DNA of 64,000 bases, from positions 62,001-126,000 of the forward strand of contig LSRY02000003.1 in NCBI GenBank assembly GCA_001643675.2. The letters are read 5' to 3'. The notes beneath the pieces are model-generated. The model was not told where the DNA came from and did not search any database. It saw only the letters and a list, made by a program, of their open reading frames with translations. Positions 37,267 to 50,161 of the stretch are shown in pieces (within the stretch, counting starts at the first letter, position 1; every line of letters starts with the position of its first letter). Origin of the DNA: Monocercomonoides exilis PA203. Lineage: Eukaryota > Protista > Preaxostyla. Made by a program: the position numbers and the translations under genes.

Positions 37267-39269
37267 GCTCATGTTATTTTAATTGTGTAACGAAGCATCT
37301 TATCAACAAATATCAGAATTGTTCATATACATCGAGCATCGAGTGATAATTACTAAGAAAAAAGCAAGAAATGCAACTTTTCATTAGAAGCTGCGGCAGA
37401 TAGCATTGCTGTGAAAAATGGAAGATTTGTTGAAAAATTTAGAAGTTGATGTGCCTTTGAGGTGATTCACCGATCAACAATAAATGACGAATAAACAAGG
37501 ATAAACTTACATAGCTTTTTGATCATTTTTGAAAGAAGTGATAAAAAGGCAGAAGAAGAAACGGAAGAAGTGAAAAGAAAATGATCAAAAAGAAATGTTC
37601 TTGAAATGATTAAAGAAGAAAGGAACGAGATATCATTTAGAGATTTCATGAATTATTTGATTTTCTCTATGAATAATCTCATGATTATCAATTATTGGAT
37701 ATTTCAATTAATTCAATTATATTTTGAGAAATGAAATACTTTTTCTTTGTATTTCCAAAACAATTTTTTTCTTTTCAATTCATTTCTCAAAATGATTTAA
37801 AAGAATAATTGGAAAAATTATTAAATTGTTTTTATTTTTAATTTTTTTTCAAAAAAAATTTCAAAAATTCCATTGAAATCTTAAACTTTCATCAAGAATA
37901 TTCAGTGAATTGTCACTTTCCATCATCTTCAAGAAGATTCATTTGTTTATCAGTCGTTCAATTGTGCATTCATCGCTTTTCGTTCTCCCGTTTGTTCCGT
38001 GTGCTCACTTCTTGTTGTATTTTTTCGGACAATTTAAGAAAAAGAAAAAAAGCGACAATTTTTTGATAGTATTCAAAAGGATCAAAGATAAATGTTCGTT
38101 GAATACAGATATCAACATCTTTTGTGAAAAATAAGACAGAAATTAAAGCGACAAAATAAAAAGAGAATTTCATTCAAAAACCGATAAACTCAAAAAGTTG
38201 ATCATGAACGAACGCTTTGTATTTCTCTAACTTTTTTCTTTTTTGGTCAGAAATCTTCATACCAAATTCAACCAATTTTTGTTTCTTCACCAATAAATTT
38301 CATTCCATTTATATTCTGAAAGTGACTGAATTCTAATTAATTAGAGTTGCATACTGTCTTTCTTGTGGAAACTGAAGGAAGAAGGAGAAGGAGAAGAAAA
38401 TCAGTATATTGAAGTTGATATGTTTATGATTGTTGCACTTTGTCTGGAATGCGTGAGTGTGACGAATGATATGAAGGTTGCAATCAGCAAATTTTAGTTC
38501 TGAAAAAAAAGATGAAAAATGTTTTGTTTTAACAATGAACGTTTGTTGAACCAAGGCGAGGATGACGTTTGAATAAAAAATTGTGTTCAATCAGCATTGC
38601 AATTTAATAATTTTATTTTTGAGGCTTATTTCCAAGATTTGCAATAGCTTCTGCAGTGTTCCTTTTAGATTCTCATTCTGCCGCATCGTTTTCGCAGTAA
38701 TGGTTTACACTGATTCTACCGCAGCTTCCTTTATTTCTTTCCTTTTCTGCAAATATGCAGTTCATCATTTTATTTATACATTAAAAATCTTCTTTTCAAA
38801 AATCAATTCTGAAAAATGAAGTCTAAATATTGAAAAATTCTTTTAATGTTCAATATCAAACATTTGCATCGTTTTATGTTCAAATACTATAATCAAAGTG
38901 ACCAACAAAACATATTATTTATTCTGTTTTTATTATAACAGCATTTATGTTCGAAGACAGCTTTTTTCGTTAAATAAACAAATATTTCTAACCAGAAGAA
39001 AATAAAAAATGTTATGGGATAGATCAAAAGAAAAATGAAAAATTGTTAAAAACACTTTTTCGACAAAAATAACTAATTTTAAATAAATTAATATTCCATT
39101 TTGTTTCATTATAAATATACAAAAAATTTTTTATCGATGGTCCATATACTTGGAACTTGCCAAGAAAGTTAGAAAGAAAGAAAGAAAAATGTTGATTTAG
39201 AGCAAATCTTTCATAATTTTCATAAATACAAATTAACAAAGTTGAAAGAAAAAATTGTTTTTCATGCAA

Positions 39270-39342
39270 GGGGAATTAGATCAATTGGTAGATCGCGCGC
39301 TTTGCATGCGTGAGGCACCGGGATCGAAACCCGGATTCTCCA
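39270..39342 (+). tRNA. tRNA-Ala(TGC)
   Basis: Full cloverleaf, G3:U70, followed by a T5 pol III terminator-like run. Confidence 0.95.
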
Positions 39343-39606
39343 TATTTTTAACTTTTGTTTTTTCTGATATAATGAAGAAGATGATGATATTTTTGTTATT
39401 TTTGTCTTTTTGAATATTGTTCTTTGAAAACTTTCAATAAGTTATACATATATTTAGCTTTCGTTTAAATGAAATGTTAATTAAATATTTTTTTTTGGAA
39501 ATTTGAACCAAAATACAATATTTTTTGCTATCAAAATACTAAAATTTTCTTGAAAAATTATTTAAGAGTTTGTATTAATTCATTTGCTTATTCACAATCG
39601 ATGTAA

Positions 39607-41339
39607 ATGTCTTATTGTATGAAAAATAGTCGTTTGATAATTAATATTCAAAGTATAATTAATAATATTTTATTGAATTTTTTGTTTTTTGTTTTTTTTT
39701 TTAATATATGCATATTTTTATCACCTTTTGATGCTTCGTCAATAGACTCTCGAAAAAAATTTCAAAATGCATCTGCTTGCTTGGGCTGTGAAGATGGTTT
39801 GTATTGTTATTTACATCTAATTTATGTTTCTTCTATTACAGAGGTTTGGGGTAGCGGGCAGCAACTGTTTTATAAAACTTTTGCATCGTCACTTCACATG
39901 TCTTCATTTCAAGCAATTACAACTCACGCAACAGACATCACAAAATATTCGCAGAGTATTTCATCACGTCCATTTCCATCAAAAAATATTGAGTTTGCAC
40001 AATTGGTGCATTCGCTTCAATCTGATACAAGCCCATCAAAAGAACATTCATCTTTCCAGACAACCATTTTACCTCAAAATGAAAACAAATCAACAAAATA
40101 TGTGCCTCCACAAGTTGATTATAGCTTGCACACATTACCTCTTGTTTCCGAAGAAAGCAAAAAGCAAATATCCTTTGGCAAATCAGATTTGATAAGTAGC
40201 GAAATGGACAATGATCACAACAGTGGAGCAGAAAATGCTTTTGTTAAAGATGATCCTTCTGCACTCAAAAAAGATTTCTATTCTTTTGATTCTTTAAGAA
40301 AGTTTGACTGTTTTGACGCTGAAATAGTTGAACGCACACGCCCACCTGTGATTGAATCAAGAATGGAAGTGCTTTACGAAGCCATTGCGCTGGCACTGAA
40401 AAAAAACAAAAGCGAAAAAACGAATAGGAAGCTTTTTGAAAGCAGAGCGAAGGGAGCAAATAAAAATGTCAGAAAAGGAATGATGACTGATGCTGGCACA
40501 GAAGGCGAAGAGCAGGTGAATGGCTGTTCCGGGGACGATGCTACGGGACTGGAAAGGGATGCCAGCAGTGATTCCCTTTCAGACGCCTCGTCTTCTTCAG
40601 CTGAGTCGTCTGCTTCTCTGCTTCTTCGCCGGCTGCGGTGGGACTCCATCAGGCAGCAGCGATGGGGGCAGGTGATCTACGATGTTGCTGACACCACCAC
40701 TACCACCACCACCACTGCCACCACGAACGGTGAGAATGGCAATGGGAGTGGCAACAGAAGCAGCAGCAGCAGCAGCAGCGGGGTGGATGACCGAGAAAAG
40801 ACGACAGAGGCGCGAAAGCAGAAGAAGGAGATGATCCTGAGCGAGTGGAAGCAGAAAGAGATGGAGCTGATGGCCCAGCGGCCGATGAGGCGGATGGGGC
40901 AAGACAGAGGAGGGGCGAAGGCGAGCACCAAAGACGGGGATGGAGGAAAAGAGGAGGTGGAGGCGAAGGAAGAAGAAGAAGAAGAAGAAGAAGAAGACAA
41001 GGCATTTGCAGCGCTGGAGAAGAAATGGAGCAAAAAGAGGAGGCGACTGATTCGGGAGGAGATGCGGGAGGCAAAGGAGTTTGAAAAGATCTTCCAGGAG
41101 CCGCTGCACAAGGAGTGGTATGACGGAGAGGAGGAGAGGCTGTGGGAGGAGGAAGAGGCAAAGGAAAAGAGGAGGAGGGAGAAGAGGAGGAGGGAGAGGA
41201 GGAGAAAAGGGAAGGGGAGGGCGACGGTGGAAGAGCTCCGGATGCAGCTGGAGGAGCTTCTGAAGAAGGAGAAGGAGGAAAAGGGAGAAGAGACAGAGGA
41301 GAGAAAGATGACTGGGGAGAAAAGAGAAGGGAATGAGGT

Positions 41340-41374
<35 letters not shown>

Positions 41375-42537
41375 GCGATGGTGGTATTGGGGGTGGAGAG
41401 GGAGGCAGAGAGGGAAGCAAGGGCGATGGAGACGAGGTGAGGGAGGCGATCAAGGAGCTGGAGGAGGCGATCCGGGAGAAAGAAGAGAAGGAGCGGGTGT
41501 CTGGGTGGCTGAGGGAGCTGAGCGACCTGGAGCTGTACCGGCTGGCGATGATGAGGGAGGCGCAGCGGGAGCGGAGGAAGAAGAAAGGGAGGGAGGAAGG
41601 GTGGAGGGGGAGGGGAAATGGAGAAGGAAAGGGGGGAGGCGGAGATATGAAAGAAATAGAAAAGATAGAAGAGATGGAAAAGATGAAAGAGGTGGTTGAG
41701 GGTGGAAAAGGGGAGGGAGGGATGTGGTTGAAAACAGGACTGTTTGGTGTCATTGGAGAAAGGATGGGCAGAAGAGGAGGTTTTGATGAGCACAGGATGG
41801 ATGGGAGTGCAAGAGGGAAAGTGCTGCCGTCGAGCGGCCTTCGTCCTCCCCCTTCTTTTGGATGGAGGCAGCACACAGCACAGGGAGTGGGGGAGAAGGG
41901 TCTCTGCACTGTGCCGTCTCGTGTGGCATCTCCGTGTGCTGTGTCTCTGCTGTGCTGTTCTGTGGCATCGCGTGCAAACACACCGACTTTGTGTCATTTG
42001 CGAGAGTTGGAAGAGAGGGATGAGGAGAAGGAAGAGGATGTGGCTGTTCTTCCGCTTTGTGGCTGGCAGGCAGGAGCAGGAGAGAGGCCTCCTGCTGTGA
42101 ACAACACAGCCACTGAACATCAATCTGAGGATGAGTATGGGAGAAGGTGTGGAGGCAAAGGAAGGGTGGTTGAGGGTGTGAGGAGGCGGATGAGGGAGGA
42201 GCGGAGGAAGGGGTTGGAGGGGGTGCTGGGGAAGCGGAGGGAGTGGCAGTTCTGGAGGACGCCGCACCAGCAGAAGTATCTGTGGGTGTTTGACAAGCTG
42301 GCAGTGAACACGAAGACGCAGCACAAGAACAAGAAGAACAGGCGGAAGGAGAGGCTGAGGGAGAGGCTGAAGGAGATTGAGAAGGAGATTGAGAAGGAGA
42401 AAGAAAAAGAGATGGAGAAGGAGAAGCACAAGGAGAAAGCAGCGAAGATGGGGTTGGAGCAGCATCTTTCATCCAGCGCTCCTCTCCTTCCTCTTCCATT
42501 CGAGCCATCCACCATCCCCTTCTCTCAGATCCCTTGA
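39607..42537 (+). CDS. Hypothetical Glu/Lys/Arg-rich (coiled-coil-like) protein
   Basis: 976-codon ORF with purine-rich coding bias; no recognised domain. The start may be the Met at 39898. Confidence 0.7.
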
Positions 42538-42935
42538 CGAAATGCTTCTTCAATGAGTTTAAAATCGAAGCCTTGCTTTGATGGTACATGCATGCGATTT
42601 TATGACAAACATATTGAAGAAAATGTATTAATTGATTAAATATTTAAAATTCAAGATTTTAGATATTTTATCCCATTTTGTTGAATATCCTAAAATTAAC
42701 AAAATATTTATGGAGCATTTCACAGCAATTTTTTGGGTAAAGCATTATTATTTTTAAAAATATATATTAATTTGCATATTAATAATTTTCATCTTGTTAA
42801 TCACCAGCTCCGGTTCTTAACATCTGAAGTTCTTCTTTCATTTCCTTTATCATCCTGAAGTGCAGATGAATTAAGCGAATCTGTGAATTTTTCGCTCTTT
42901 GCATAGATATGTGATAAAGTTAAATCAATTTTTAT

Positions 42936-45365
42936 TTAAGATATGATTGATGAGTTAGAACCATCATCTGACAAAAAGTCAGAATGCATCACGATGCAGA
43001 TCACCATGTGCTCTGAGAACAAAACAATATGTGGACTCAGATTGGCAAGTGACTGAAGAGGGGTTTCCATCTCGTCAAAGGAGTGAAGTGCTCCATTTGC
43101 CTCCCAGAACAACACATGTGCAGCTGTTTGCTCTCTTTCTTTCAACGTACCAATAGCCATCTCCTTTGTCTTATTCCTTCCATGCAGCAGCATGAACAAT
43201 GAATCCCTCAGATCCACAATCAATTTCTCATGAGGAGACGAACAGGCCATCGCATCCACCAGATTCGACATGGACGAGGTGGTTGGGCACAGATCCTCTC
43301 CTCGAACAAATGTCGAATCTGAATCAGTTGAACATGTCGAAGAAATTGATGGTGATGGAGTCTGTTTTCTAATTTCCTCTTCTTCAACCTTTTCCAGCGC
43401 CCATTCAGGAATCTTGTCTGAATCTCTCCCCAAGATGTATTCAGTTGAGCCACTCTCAGCCAGCAAATGCTCTGATGACTCTGAATGTCCCAAGCTTTTC
43501 TCATACACTCTCTTCTTGTTCCTCTCTTCATTCTTCTTCTCTTCTCTCCTCCACTGCGCCTCTGGTGACATCTCCATCGTCACCATCTCAAACGCCTTCG
43601 GATCTTTTCTGATGTTATCATTCACAATCTCTCTCAGATCTTCTGCCTCATTCTTCACCTTCTTCCATCGAACAACAAACAAAATAAATCCAATCAAAGC
43701 AACCAGAAACAGCACAGTAAATATCGCAATCACAATCAATGCCAACGATGATTTTCCTTCTTTTCCTCCCTCAGATATTCTCTCATCTCCTTTTGATTCA
43801 GGCTCACTTTTGTTCTTCAGAATGAATGAATTTGCTGATGAAGGAGATTCTGCATTCCCAAATAAAATATACACACTCACTTCTGTTTCATCTCCACAAC
43901 TGTTGATAAGATACTTTGTCGCACTTCCTTCTGCTTCTCTTTCTGACAAGAATCCATTTGAATCAAAATCATGTTTTTCAATCTCTTTCTCTTCTCCTTT
44001 CCTCTTCACAACTGAGAATGACAAGTTGCATGGAACAAGAAGCAATCCTTTGAATGTAAGCTTCATTCTATCTGCCTCTTCTTTTGCTTCCACACTCTCC
44101 AGAACAGGAATGAAGAATGATGAATCCCTTTCTGAAACAATCCCTTCAAAACTGCACCCTTCATTCAACGTCCAAAGCGAAGTGTTATCCTTCCATCCAT
44201 CTCCTCCTTTCAAACTCATCACATTCAATGCTCCTGAATCTGAACAGATAATATTCCTTCTCAATGATGGATATCCTTCAATTGATGGATTGTTATTCAA
44301 AAACTCTCCTTTCTCAATAATCACATTTCCTCCACTCATTGTTATTCCACCATCTGGTGAATTCGAGATTGTTGTGTCTTTCATCATCACAGAACTCTTC
44401 ACAACATCTACAACAGATCCATCCCATCTGCACATCTCTTCTTCTGTATTTGAATCCATTTCATTTCTTTCCTTTGAACTTCCATCAAAAATGCAACTGT
44501 CCATTTTTACATCTGTGCAATCCTCCATTTTCATCAATTTCCCTTTTGTGGTCTTTGAACTGACTTCACCTATTGTGCAATTTGTCAATTGCATCGTCTT
44601 TTTCATTGACAAGCAAGATATCAATGATTCTTCATTTCCCTCAACAATGATATTTTCTCTTTTGAAATCCTTGATTGTCAATTGTCCACATTCATTGATA
44701 TCTATCAGTAAAGTTTCAATTGTTGAATTGCAAATCGTTAATGAATCAATAACTGATGGAAGTGGTGATGAAAGATTTATTGCAGATTCATGAAGAACGA
44801 GATTTGACATTGAACATTCCATAAGTTGTAATTCTCCCTTTGCCATGTTGAAAATGTGAAATGGAATGTTTGCTAATTCCATATTTCCTTCTTCATAAGA
44901 TTGTTTTGAACTGAATGAGCAATTCATCACTTCAATAATCCCTCCCTCTGGTGATATCAGTGATTCGTGTGAAGAGATGAAATTTGAATCAAACACAAAA
45001 TTCACTCTCAACAATGAGACTGTTCCAGTTGTTTCCACCAAAACTTCTCTTGTTTTTTCAATCCCCAATTTCGCTTCAACTTCACACAAGCCTCTGCTCT
45101 TTGAACTCAAACTCATTTCCTTCAGATTTATCTCTTCCTCAATTACACTCTTGGTGTCAACTTACAACAGACTCACATATTCCGAAGTCAGATGCATTAG
45201 TCCATGATTAATTGAATAACAAGGAAGATCGTTTGTTCCACATTGCCTATCATCCGACCCATTCATGCTGCTCACAATGATCGTATCACTCTGATGGATG
45301 GTCACAAATCCAATAAGATCTGTGTCAAATGTGTACCAGCATTCATCAATTCCACATATCGCATT
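42936..45365 (-). pseudogene. Truncated type I membrane surface protein (beta-helix-like ectodomain, TM, acidic cytoplasmic tail)
   Basis: 726-aa ORF without ATG start. Upstream frame (DDRQCGTNDLPCYSINHGL) is separated by a frameshift near 45165. TM segment LALIVIAIFTVLFLVALIGFILFVVRWKK. Ends abruptly at both sides. Confidence 0.7.
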
Positions 45366-45671
45366 AATTCGTGAATAATTCTTAATTTTTTTTGATGTCT
45401 TTTTCGTCGTTTTTATATACACACTTTCTGTAATTTTTTTTATGTATGCTTTTTATATGTTTCAATGTTGTATGTACAATTTGTTGAAATTGAACATTTT
45501 CCTGTTGGTTGATATTAAAAGAACCTGAAATGAGTGGTTTGTTTTTGCTTTTTTTTTCAACATTTGCTTCTTTTGAATGGATTTCCCCCTTTTTTCTTTG
45601 GTTATATTATTCTTTTGGTTCTATGCTTTGTGTGTCTTTTACGCTTTCATTTGAATTTTTATTTTTATGAT

Positions 45672-48600
45672 GTTTGGAACAAACAAAAATTATTGAACCG
45701 AAAAGGTTGTGATTGGGAAAAATGCTTTTGTTCAAAAAGGATTTGAAGTTGCACACGGAATGCTTTGGCTGTGATGTGTTGCTCACCATCAGCAAAAAAA
45801 AAAAGACTCAAAGCAGGCTCCTCACTGTTCTGAACGCCAATCCATAGAAAGGCTTGCAACATTGCACAAACATCACAAAAACGAAAAGTTTTGAATTTCA
45901 AACTGCCACAAGTATAACATAAGAATAAAATAAAGAAATAGACATCTTGTCATAAAAACACAAAAAGTCAAATTTCATCAAAAGGGAAAAAGAATACTGC
46001 AAATGCACAATGTTCTATTTTTCACATCACAGATGCTCATTTGTCTGATGTTTTCCATCATCAGGCATTTTCTCTGCGCAGATTCATTTTCCCAAAAAAG
46101 TTCATCTCATGCTCCTCCCAAGCATCCAGACGCACAAAGAAGTGCATCCCCCACTTCTGTTTCACATTGCATTCCTTTTCTCTCTTCTGCAATCATATCC
46201 CCCAAAGTCATCTTGAATCTGCTCCTTTTCCATCAATACTTTCTCCTTTTTCTCTTTTATCATCATCATGCGCGCATCCAAACTGCCATCACCTCTCGCA
46301 CATCTCCACAACCCCAGAATCAATATCTTCAACACACTTTTTTCTTTTCAAATCAAATCTTCCTTCGCGCACAGCGAATTCAACTTCACTCGCTCAACAT
46401 TGATTGCCACGCTCCCCACAAGTGCCTCAGAGTTTTCGCCTCCAAAAATAACTGCTCTTCCACACACAGCCCAGCAGCGCTTCTGCCAAAACTCACCCCA
46501 CTCCCCACAAAAAATGTTTTTCCAAAGAGACGACCCATCGCTTTCAGTGAAGTGTGAATCACGAATCTTCACTTTCTGAGCACCCAGCTTGAACTTTGCT
46601 GCTCCATCGGCTTCCCAAAAACCAGCCAGTCAACGGAGCGTCTCCAGCTCGATGTTCTATCTCCCCTTTCCTCACAGCAATTGCAGGCACACTGCCTCAC
46701 ATTCCCGTTGAAGGAACCATGCGAAGCTTGCATTTGCAAAATCATAAAAATAAAATCAAGCATCTTCTGCCTGGTCCTTTGCAGTGATGTTTCCCTCCAC
46801 TCACTTTCAAATCATCCATCTAATTTCATATCTCTTAAATCTTAATTGCGAATTTCCAGCGGCATCGCCTCCTCTTCTGCGTGATTTTCATGTTTTGGTG
46901 TATCTTCTTCATCCAACAGCTCGAACCCCCTTCTCACCTCTCTTTTCAAAAGTCTCTCTTAAAGCTGTGCAGCTCCGTGCGAGAACGTGAATCCTGAGCC
47001 AGAGCAGAGAATGATGAAAAAACAGAGTTTTTTTTAAAATTTGTGAGAGCTGCCCATAACAAAGTTGGCGATATCTGGCTGTTTGGTATGTTGTTTCTGG
47101 CGTGAGGGGTGTTGGTAGGCGGTGCAGGTGAGGAGGAATGCCTGCATTTGCCTGCAGGTGTTTCTCGAATTTTTGTGTTTTTGAGCATTATTTTAGTCTT
47201 TGCGCTCGTCTTTGCAAGATTTTCATTGTTTTTTCGATTGTCTCCTCTGGGGATGTTTTGTGTTTGTTTTGCTGCGATGCGCAGCCACAGGATACGCTTT
47301 GCGAGGTATTGCGTTGCGCACAGCAGATATGGCGATGAAAGCTTGGAAGAGAAATGCTTCAAACGCAAAGTCGAAAGCCCAGCAAAGCGCTGGGATGTGC
47401 ACTCCGTCGTGCAGGTTTTGGCCGGTGCTTTTCCGGGTGCTCCTGTTTGTTGGGGTTGTGTGCATGCTCGGGGCAGCGCACTGGCTGGTTCCAGTTCGGA
47501 ACGTGCAGGGCAAATACGAGGCGATGGCGCAGCGGGAGGCGCGGGAGGCTGCGAGGAGGCAGCGGCAGGCGGACGAGGCGAACGCCACGCGCGGGGTGAA
47601 CGGGACGTTTGGGGGGCAGCAGCGCCCGGAGATCAGCGAGGACGACGAGGAGGACGACGAAGACACATGCATCATCCCGAAGGAGGCGGGGCTGGACAAG
47701 TGCGGGTTTGTGAAGGAGAACTGCAGCGAGTTTGGGGGCGATGCGTTTGTGCCGTACATCGAGCTGTACTACTGCGGGTTTGGGCGAGGGCCCGGGTGGT
47801 TCTATGTGGTGCTGCTGTGTGTGATGGGGTATCTGTTTGTGCTGCTGGGGAGCACAGCAGACACGTATTTTGTGCCGTCGCTGATCCACATCAGCGATGC
47901 GATCGGGCTGAGCGAGGCGGTGGCGGGGATGACGCTGCTGTCGTTTGGGAACGGGGCGCCGGACCTGTTCTCGCAGCTGGCGGGGGCGTCGAACGGGAGC
48001 CTGACGATCAGCATGGGGGAGGCGCTGGGGAGCGGGCTGTTCACAGTGACGCTGCTGGTGGCGGTGATCACGCTGATGCGGCCGTTCCGGATGGAGGCGA
48101 AGGTGCTGTACAAGGATGCGCCGGCGTATGTGGTGAGTGTGCTGCTGGTGGTGGTGGCGCTGGCAGCGAAGAAGATGTCTGTGGGGATGACGGTGGTGTT
48201 CTTTGTGATGTATGGGGTGTATGTGGGGTTCTCTGTGGTGCTGGAGCAGGTGGAGAAGCGGGTGAGGAGGAGGAGGGGAAGGATAGTGGGGAACGGAGGA
48301 GAGGAGGGGAAGCAACGGCAGGGATCAATCAACAGTGGGGAAGGAAAAGAGGCGGAAGGGTTTGGGGCAGGGGCCGAGGCGAGCACGAGGCTGCTGGGTG
48401 GGGAGGAGCGGCTGAGTGGATACGGGCTGGAGGAGAAGGCAGGTGCGATGGCGATCAACGGGGAAGATGGGAGCGGAGGCGAGAAGGAAGAGAAGGAAGA
48501 GGAGAAGGAGGAAGAAGATTTTAGCTGGGAGTCTATTGATGGGTCGGGGGGTTTTTGGAGGAAGTTGGGGATGTACTGTGTGAAGTGTGTGGAGGGGTGG

Positions 48601-49648
48601 ATGGAGTGGGAGGGGCGGAGCTGGATGTCGAAGGGAGTTGCGATTGCAGAGTTTCCGTTCACAGTGCTGCGTGTGGCGACGCACCCGAAGGTGGGGCGGA
48701 ACAACGTGGTGCGGCTGGTGGTGGTGTCTGTGTGCTCGCCGCTGTGCATCCTGCTGCTGACGCACAGCTGGGGGAGCGAGGTGGCAGGGGGCTTTGTGGC
48801 GTGGCATGTGGGGCTGATTGTGGGGGTGGTGGTGGTGGCGCCGGTGGCGGTGGCGGTGAACTCGGCAGCAGTGCGGGAGAAGGTGGGGCATGTGGATGCG
48901 GTGTTTGCGGTGTGGGAGGTGAGCATGGCGGTGATCTGGATGAATGCGATCGCGAACGAGCTGGTGGCGACGATCCAGATGCTGGGGCACCTGCTGTCGA
49001 TCTCGAACGGGGTGATGAGCGCGACGATCCTGAGCTGGGGGGATGCGCTGGGGGATGTGGTGGCGAACATCGGGATTGCGCGGGCAGGGCGGCCGACGAT
49101 GGCGGTGTCGGCGTGCTACTCGGGCCCGCTGCTGAACACGCTGCTGGGGATTGGGATCTCGTCGGTGGCGATCTTTGTGCGGCAGGGGCGGGGCAAGAAA
49201 GGGGGCGGGGCGATTCCGGTGAGCTTCAGCGGGGACAAGATTGTGCTTGTGGCGTCGATCTTCGGGAGCGTGGCGTGCTCTGTTGTGTGCGGGGCGGTGC
49301 GGAGGCGGCAGTTTGAGCGGTGGCTGGGGCTGGTGCTGATCGGGTGCTATGTGGTGTTTGCAGTGTTTGTGGTGCTGGTGGAGGTGGGCGTTATCAAATG
49401 AGCACACACACACACACTCTCTCTCTTTCTTCCTCTCTTTCTTTTGGTTTTGTGATGAACAATGTTGCTCTCAACTCACATCATCATCACTTTGTGTTTG
49501 AATGCATGAGCGTTTTTTTGGTTGTTTTCATTCATTCTTTGTTTTGGTTTTTTTTTGAATAGGTTTATTGTTCAAAAATAGTATTTATTTTCTTTTGCTT
49601 TCGAGTGATTCACAAATATTGCTTGGAAAAGAGAGAGTTTTTAGTTCA
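45672..49648. repeat. Arm A' of large inverted duplication
   Basis: Mirrors ~17459-21450. Confidence 0.9.
47329..49401 (+). CDS. Cation/Ca2+ exchanger (CCX/NCLX-like), copy 2
   Basis: Same motifs as copy 1; three amino-acid differences seen (V/M, K/E, V/M), all in the central loop. Confidence 0.92.
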   Translation: MAMKAWKRNASNAKSKAQQSAGMCTPSCRFWPVLFRVLLFVGVVCMLGAAHWLVPVRNVQGKYEAMAQREAREAARRQRQADEANATRGVNGTFGGQQRPEISEDDEEDDEDTCIIPKEAGLDKCGFVKENCSEFGGDAFVPYIELYYCGFGRGPGWFYVVLLCVMGYLFVLLGSTADTYFVPSLIHISDAIGLSEAVAGMTLLSFGNGAPDLFSQLAGASNGSLTISMGEALGSGLFTVTLLVAVITLMRPFRMEAKVLYKDAPAYVVSVLLVVVALAAKKMSVGMTVVFFVMYGVYVGFSVVLEQVEKRVRRRRGRIVGNGGEEGKQRQGSINSGEGKEAEGFGAGAEASTRLLGGEERLSGYGLEEKAGAMAINGEDGSGGEKEEKEEEKEEEDFSWESIDGSGGFWRKLGMYCVKCVEGWMEWEGRSWMSKGVAIAEFPFTVLRVATHPKVGRNNVVRLVVVSVCSPLCILLLTHSWGSEVAGGFVAWHVGLIVGVVVVAPVAVAVNSAAVREKVGHVDAVFAVWEVSMAVIWMNAIANELVATIQMLGHLLSISNGVMSATILSWGDALGDVVANIGIARAGRPTMAVSACYSGPLLNTLLGIGISSVAIFVRQGRGKKGGGAIPVSFSGDKIVLVASIFGSVACSVVCGAVRRRQFERWLGLVLIGCYVVFAVFVVLVEVGVIK

Positions 49649-49974
49649 AAATCAAGATTTGTTTATTTTGAAATCTAATGTTTTTGATTTTGATTTCATA
49701 AGTTTATTGATTGTATTTGCAAAGTTTTTCAACAGAGAAGACTTTTCTTTTGAAAGTCAATTTGAAGATGGAAGTGTTGATTCCTTTTAATAGCATGATT
49801 TCAAAAAATAAGTTATCAAAATAATAATTTCATTATATTTTATGTTAAACTAAATTTTGAAAAAAAAATAACAATAAATTAATAAAAACGAATAAAATAA
49901 ATTCTTCACAAAAAAATCTTATATAGATTATATTTAATTATTAGTTGCAATATCTTGAATTCCTTTCTCAACAA

Positions 49975-50048
49975 GTCGCGATGGTGTAGTTGGTTATCAC
50001 AATTGCCTAACACGCAATAGGTCTCCGGTTCAATCCCGGATCGCGACA
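49975..50048 (+). tRNA. tRNA-Val(AAC)
   Basis: GTCGCGA/TCGCGAC acceptor stem, anticodon arm ATTGC-CT-AAC-AC-GCAAT, T loop TTCAATC. Confidence 0.95.
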
Positions 50049-50161
50049 TTTCCTTTTGAATTTTTTTATTATTTTGATTTGATATTTTTATTCATTATGA
50101 AAAAAATTTTTTTGAAAAATTAAAAATAAAAAACAGAAAACGATAAATTGAATCTGAAACT

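Larger units (their letters stand above)
38914..42556. repeat. Arm B' plus inner inverted repeat
   Basis: 39162-42556 mirrors 23755-27145; 38914-39376 mirrors 36804-37266. Confidence 0.92.

Noticed and set aside
38440-38480. LHIIRHTHA on the minus strand resembles a tyrosine recombinase HxxRH box
   Set aside because: No other YR motifs nearby; the plus strand looks more like a decayed member of the helical-repeat family seen at 57.8-59.2 kb.
43270-44793. 507-aa plus-strand ORF
   Set aside because: Antisense shadow of the surface-protein fragment.
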